A DNA stretch of 64,000 bases from Candidatus Dormiibacterota bacterium (GTDB taxonomy: Bacteria; Chloroflexota; Dormibacteria; Aeolococcales; Aeolococcaceae): the NCBI GenBank assembly GCA_963718525.1, contig OY970355.1, forward strand, positions 3,104,001-3,168,000, written 5' to 3'. The notes below the pieces were generated by a model, which was not told where the DNA came from, made no database searches, and saw only the letters and a list, made by a program, of their open reading frames with translations. Position numbers and translations under genes: made by a program. This document shows positions 60,638 through 64,000 of the stretch, in pieces. Positions within the stretch are counted from its first letter, which is position 1, and each line of letters starts with the position of its first letter.

Positions 60638-61294
60638 CTATGCGCTCCCCATCGGGGCAGAGCCGTCGGTGCCGGCAAGGAGGCGGGCCAGCGCCTCGTC
60701 CCAACCGGGCACTCCCGAGTGCGCCTTGTAGCGGTTGAGGCGATCGACGGTGTCACGGCGCAGGCAGAGCCACGCACTATCCGGGTCGTGCTCCTGCATT
60801 AGTGCGCGCCACGTGGATACGGGGAGCCGGAACGCCGCCTCCTTCGACCACGGAATCGGCGCAACCTGCAGGCTTCCATCCTCGTCGCGCCAGAAGATCG
60901 TCCCGCTGAACTGGAACATCAGGGGAACATCGCCCTCTTCGAGCGCGAAGAAGTACTTGCCGGCGGTGATGGTGAGATCGTGGGTGCACGGGACCGGGAC
61001 GATGGTTTCCGTCGACCCCACAAAGCCGACGACATCAGTGCTCGCGTGTGTCCAGAGCATCGTCTTCAGCGTCGTGCCCCAGCGCGAAGGCTGCCCAAAG
61101 AGATCGAGCAACGCCTCCTGCTCGCCGGGCGCGTACGTCCGTCGCGTCGCCTGGACCATGATCTGGCAGCGAAGGGATATCGAATCGATGCGGTGACCGC
61201 TGCGCTCGTGGATCCGCACCCGGAAGTTCAGTATGGGAATCAGCGTGTCCGGCTCGGCCCCCGCCGAGACGACCTCGAGGTCCAGATCAGGCAT
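60638..61294 (-). CDS. DUF6084-like hydrogenase-associated protein
   Basis: LRCQI, DLFGQPSRWG, PCTHDL, KYF, FSGTIF, PWSKEA. Confidence 0.8.
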   Translation of the reverse strand: MPDLDLEVVSAGAEPDTLIPILNFRVRIHERSGHRIDSISLRCQIMVQATRRTYAPGEQEALLDLFGQPSRWGTTLKTMLWTHASTDVVGFVGSTETIVPVPCTHDLTITAGKYFFALEEGDVPLMFQFSGTIFWRDEDGSLQVAPIPWSKEAAFRLPVSTWRALMQEHDPDSAWLCLRRDTVDRLNRYKAHSGVPGWDEALARLLAGTDGSAPMGSA

Positions 61295-61916
61295 GGGTGC
61301 GGGCCATTTCCCTGGCTCCGCTGCGCAGTTCGCTGAAGAAGGTGTTGATGCGGTCCCAGACTTCCTGGCCACCGCTCAAACCTCGCCAGCTGATGCGGAT
61401 GAGTCCCACCAGCTCGAAGCATCGATCGATCGGCGCGATGTAGTGGTCGCGAGCCCCGCTGACGCGGTTGATCAGGAGCGCCTCGACGTCGGGTTCGAGG
61501 CTGCTCAGCACCGGGTTGTCAGCGACCAGCTCGTCCCACCCCTCGAGGCTGAGCATCGACTCCGTGGCCCCCGCGGGGCTCGGATAGAAAGCACGGACCC
61601 CCTCGATACTCGTGCTGGTGTGCAGGAATGCCATGTTCACCGGAATCGACAGCGACTCCCACTGCATGTCATTCATCGCGAAGTCGGTCAGGTACAGCAG
61701 CCGCCTCGAGACGCGACGGTAGCGCTTCTCCGCGTCGGACGGGAACAGCATCGCACAGGGCGTGCAGCTGCAGTGGATCTGCCGCGTCGACGGCTCGAAG
61801 AGATGCTCGTGATGTGGGTGGGGCGAGAGCTCGGCGCTGCAGAGCTCGCAGCGTTCCGCGGGGACGCGCTCGCGGATGAGGCTGCGCAGGCCGGGCAGCC
61901 GAGCGGCCGTGCTCAT
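61287..61916 (-). CDS. DUF5947-like hydrogenase-associated protein
   Basis: ERCELC, CSCTPC, IPVNMAF, YPSPAGATES, PIDRCFELVG. Confidence 0.82.
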   Translation of the reverse strand: MSTAARLPGLRSLIRERVPAERCELCSAELSPHPHHEHLFEPSTRQIHCSCTPCAMLFPSDAEKRYRRVSRRLLYLTDFAMNDMQWESLSIPVNMAFLHTSTSIEGVRAFYPSPAGATESMLSLEGWDELVADNPVLSSLEPDVEALLINRVSGARDHYIAPIDRCFELVGLIRISWRGLSGGQEVWDRINTFFSELRSGAREMARTHA

Positions 61917-62848
61917 GCGAGTCGCGCTGGGATCGCGATGCGCAGGATGCCCGACTCCTCGAGGAGTGGACGCGGCTCCATGCGGAAATCGGAACCGATG
62001 CCGGCACCGGCGCGCCGGATGTCGTACCGCGAGCCACAGCCGTCGCACACGAGCGCGGCTCCGTCGAGCACGGCATGCTCCATCGCCCCTTCGCACGCCG
62101 GGCAGTTGGCCACATACGCGTAGAACACGTTGCCCGTCCGCGCGATCAGAACCGCATCGCCGTCGGCCCTGGTCTTCAAGACGCTGCCGTTGTCGATATG
62201 TGTGCCACGAGCCGCGAGCGTGATCCACTCACCGGAGGGCGCGACAGCCGGACGCATGACCGGGGTGGGAGGCGCAGACGCGACGACGGGGAGGGCCACG
62301 AGACCGGCGATCTGCGGGGGTCCGGGTGCCGGAGTCTCGTCGGGCTGGACGACCTCGATTGCGGCGACATCGGGAGCCGCCTCGTAGATCGCCTTCTCGA
62401 CGGCGAGCTTGAGCGTGACCATCGACGACGGGCACCCCTGGCAGTGGCCCTCCAGCCGAATCTGCACGGTGTCGCCCGCGACACCGATCAGTTCGACACC
62501 GCCTCCGTGGGAACGCATATACGGTCGCACCGACTCGAGCGCGCTCTCGACGCGGCTTCGGAGATCCGTCGGGTGCAGACCGTGGAGCAGCAGGACGCCG
62601 CGGATGATGTCGTCGGCCGCCATTCGCTCGAGCAAGCGATCGGTCGCGGGCGCACCCCGAGGGCCGAGGGCGTCGAGCATCCGCGACAGCGCCTCGCCGT
62701 AAAGATCGAGCACGGTGGAGAGCAGCTCCTCGACCAGCGCGCGCAACGCAGGGTCGGGGAGCTGCTGCAGCTCCCCGACCAGCGTGTCGACATGGGCGAG
62801 ACGTTTCTGGAGCTCGCGCTCCTCAACAATACGAGCTGGCGCTGCCAT
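61913..62848 (-). CDS. NifU-like domain + Rieske-like domain protein
   Basis: LLLHGLHP, VRPYMRSHGGGVE, CQGCPSS; C-terminal CPAC...CDGC. Confidence 0.88.
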   Translation of the reverse strand: MAAPARIVEERELQKRLAHVDTLVGELQQLPDPALRALVEELLSTVLDLYGEALSRMLDALGPRGAPATDRLLERMAADDIIRGVLLLHGLHPTDLRSRVESALESVRPYMRSHGGGVELIGVAGDTVQIRLEGHCQGCPSSMVTLKLAVEKAIYEAAPDVAAIEVVQPDETPAPGPPQIAGLVALPVVASAPPTPVMRPAVAPSGEWITLAARGTHIDNGSVLKTRADGDAVLIARTGNVFYAYVANCPACEGAMEHAVLDGAALVCDGCGSRYDIRRAGAGIGSDFRMEPRPLLEESGILRIAIPARLA

Positions 62849-64000
62849 TCATGGTTGCGGGCCGAAGTTCGGCGAGTGCCGAGTCTCCAGCACCTTGCCG
62901 TTGCCGAGGTACATGTGCACACCGCACGGCAGGCAGGGATCGAAGCTCCTCACCGCTCGCATGATGTCGATGCCCTTGAAATTGTCCGGCCCGTTCTCCT
63001 CGAAGATCGGCGTGTTCTGCACCGAGTCTTCGTACGGTCCCGGGGTGCCGTACATATCGCGGGGTGTCGCATTCCACGGCGTCGGCGGGTACGGATGGTA
63101 GTTCGCGATCTTGCCGTCGCGGATGACCACGTGGTGCGAGAGCACACCGCGGACGGCCTCATGGAAACCGCAGCCGATCGCCTCGTCGGGCACGGTGAAC
63201 GGGGTGAACGTGTCGGTTCGCCCCGCATTCAGCTCGGCGAACGCCTTGTCCAGGAAATGAAGGGCCGCGGCTGCCGCGTATGCCTGGAAGTACGTGCGCG
63301 CACGGTCGCGTTCAATGGCGTTGCTCCACTTGGGAACCTTCCACTCGAACTCGACTTCCGGCTTGGAAGCGGTTTTCGGCAGGTAGATCTTGGTGCTGTT
63401 GCCCGTGGCCTTGAGGTACCCGACATCGACGATACCCGCGAGCGACGTCGCCAGCAGACGAGCGAACGCGCCGCCGCCGGTGTCCATGGCGAGGTGCTCG
63501 CCCTCATGCAGGTATCTGGGGCACATGACCCAACTGTAGTTCTTGTCGAAGTCGCGCTTGCCCGGCTTCGGGATGGTCGTCTGGTTCCACGGATGGCGCT
63601 TGTCGATCGGGGCGCCCAATGGGTCCTTCTCGACGAACACCTCGCCGTCGTCCGCCCAGTCCTCGTAAAACGAATGCCCGAGCAGGATGCGGATGTTGCG
63701 GTTGATCTCGACCAGGTCTGTGGTCACCAGCTTGCCGTCGACGACGACCCCCGGGGTCACAAACATCGCCCGGCCCCAGTTGGTCATGTGCCGGTACGTG
63801 TAGTCGCACTCGTCAGGATCGTTGAACGAGCCCCAGCACACGGTGTCCATGCGCCGCCGGCCGACCTCCTCGTACCCGGGAAGCGCCTCATAGAAGAAAT
63901 CGAAGATGTCGTCGTGCAGCGGCACAACCTTCTTCATGAACTCCACGTAGCGCATCAGGCGAACGAGGTAATCCGAGAAGAGCTGCACCGTGGGCACCGT
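62849..64000 (-). CDS. hhyL: Group 1h high-affinity [NiFe]-hydrogenase large subunit (5' end outside window)
   Basis: L2 motif SFDPCLPCGVH, EAVRGVLSHH, YPPTPWN; accessory gene set typical of group 1h. Confidence 0.93.
   Translation of the reverse strand, partial: TVPTVQLFSDYLVRLMRYVEFMKKVVPLHDDIFDFFYEALPGYEEVGRRRMDTVCWGSFNDPDECDYTYRHMTNWGRAMFVTPGVVVDGKLVTTDLVEINRNIRILLGHSFYEDWADDGEVFVEKDPLGAPIDKRHPWNQTTIPKPGKRDFDKNYSWVMCPRYLHEGEHLAMDTGGGAFARLLATSLAGIVDVGYLKATGNSTKIYLPKTASKPEVEFEWKVPKWSNAIERDRARTYFQAYAAAAALHFLDKAFAELNAGRTDTFTPFTVPDEAIGCGFHEAVRGVLSHHVVIRDGKIANYHPYPPTPWNATPRDMYGTPGPYEDSVQNTPIFEENGPDNFKGIDIMRAVRSFDPCLPCGVHMYLGNGKVLETRHSPNFGPQP

Overview
High-GC bacterial window, probably from a soil actinobacterium-like lineage or Ca. 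Dormibacterota (inferred from gene content only). It has four blocks. (1) 1-13.6 kb: housekeeping and accessory genes (HAD dehalogenase, TetR-controlled DrrAB-type ABC exporter, agmatinase, LigD-Pol, M20 amidohydrolase, atypical transketolase, serine hydrolase, S9 peptidase). (2) 13.6-35 kb: a dense signalling/stress island. It holds 3 cytoplasmic GAF histidine kinases, 3 stand-alone receivers, two copies of a Zn-ribbon + HspR-like MerR pair, a MEDS anti-sigma, a Cys-rich STAS protein, a hemerythrin, an AI-2E transporter and treZ-treY-glgX. Its intergenic DNA repeatedly carries an inverted-repeat motif (TGATAG-N5-CTATCA / CTATCA-N7-TGATAG). It also encodes two paralogous ~88-nt candidate sRNAs (hairpin, anti-Shine-Dalgarno C-tract, terminator) with identically spaced promoters. 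This is the best candidate for an undescribed system. (3) 35-45.6 kb: mixed accessory genes. (4) 45.6-64 kb: cbbR-prk-cbbL(form IE-like)-cbbS-cbbX converging on a group 1h [NiFe]-hydrogenase maturation operon, the known trace-gas chemosynthesis toolkit; its HypA lacks the Zn ribbon. Three apparent frameshifts may be sequencing errors. No tRNA, rRNA, CRISPR array or IS element was seen.
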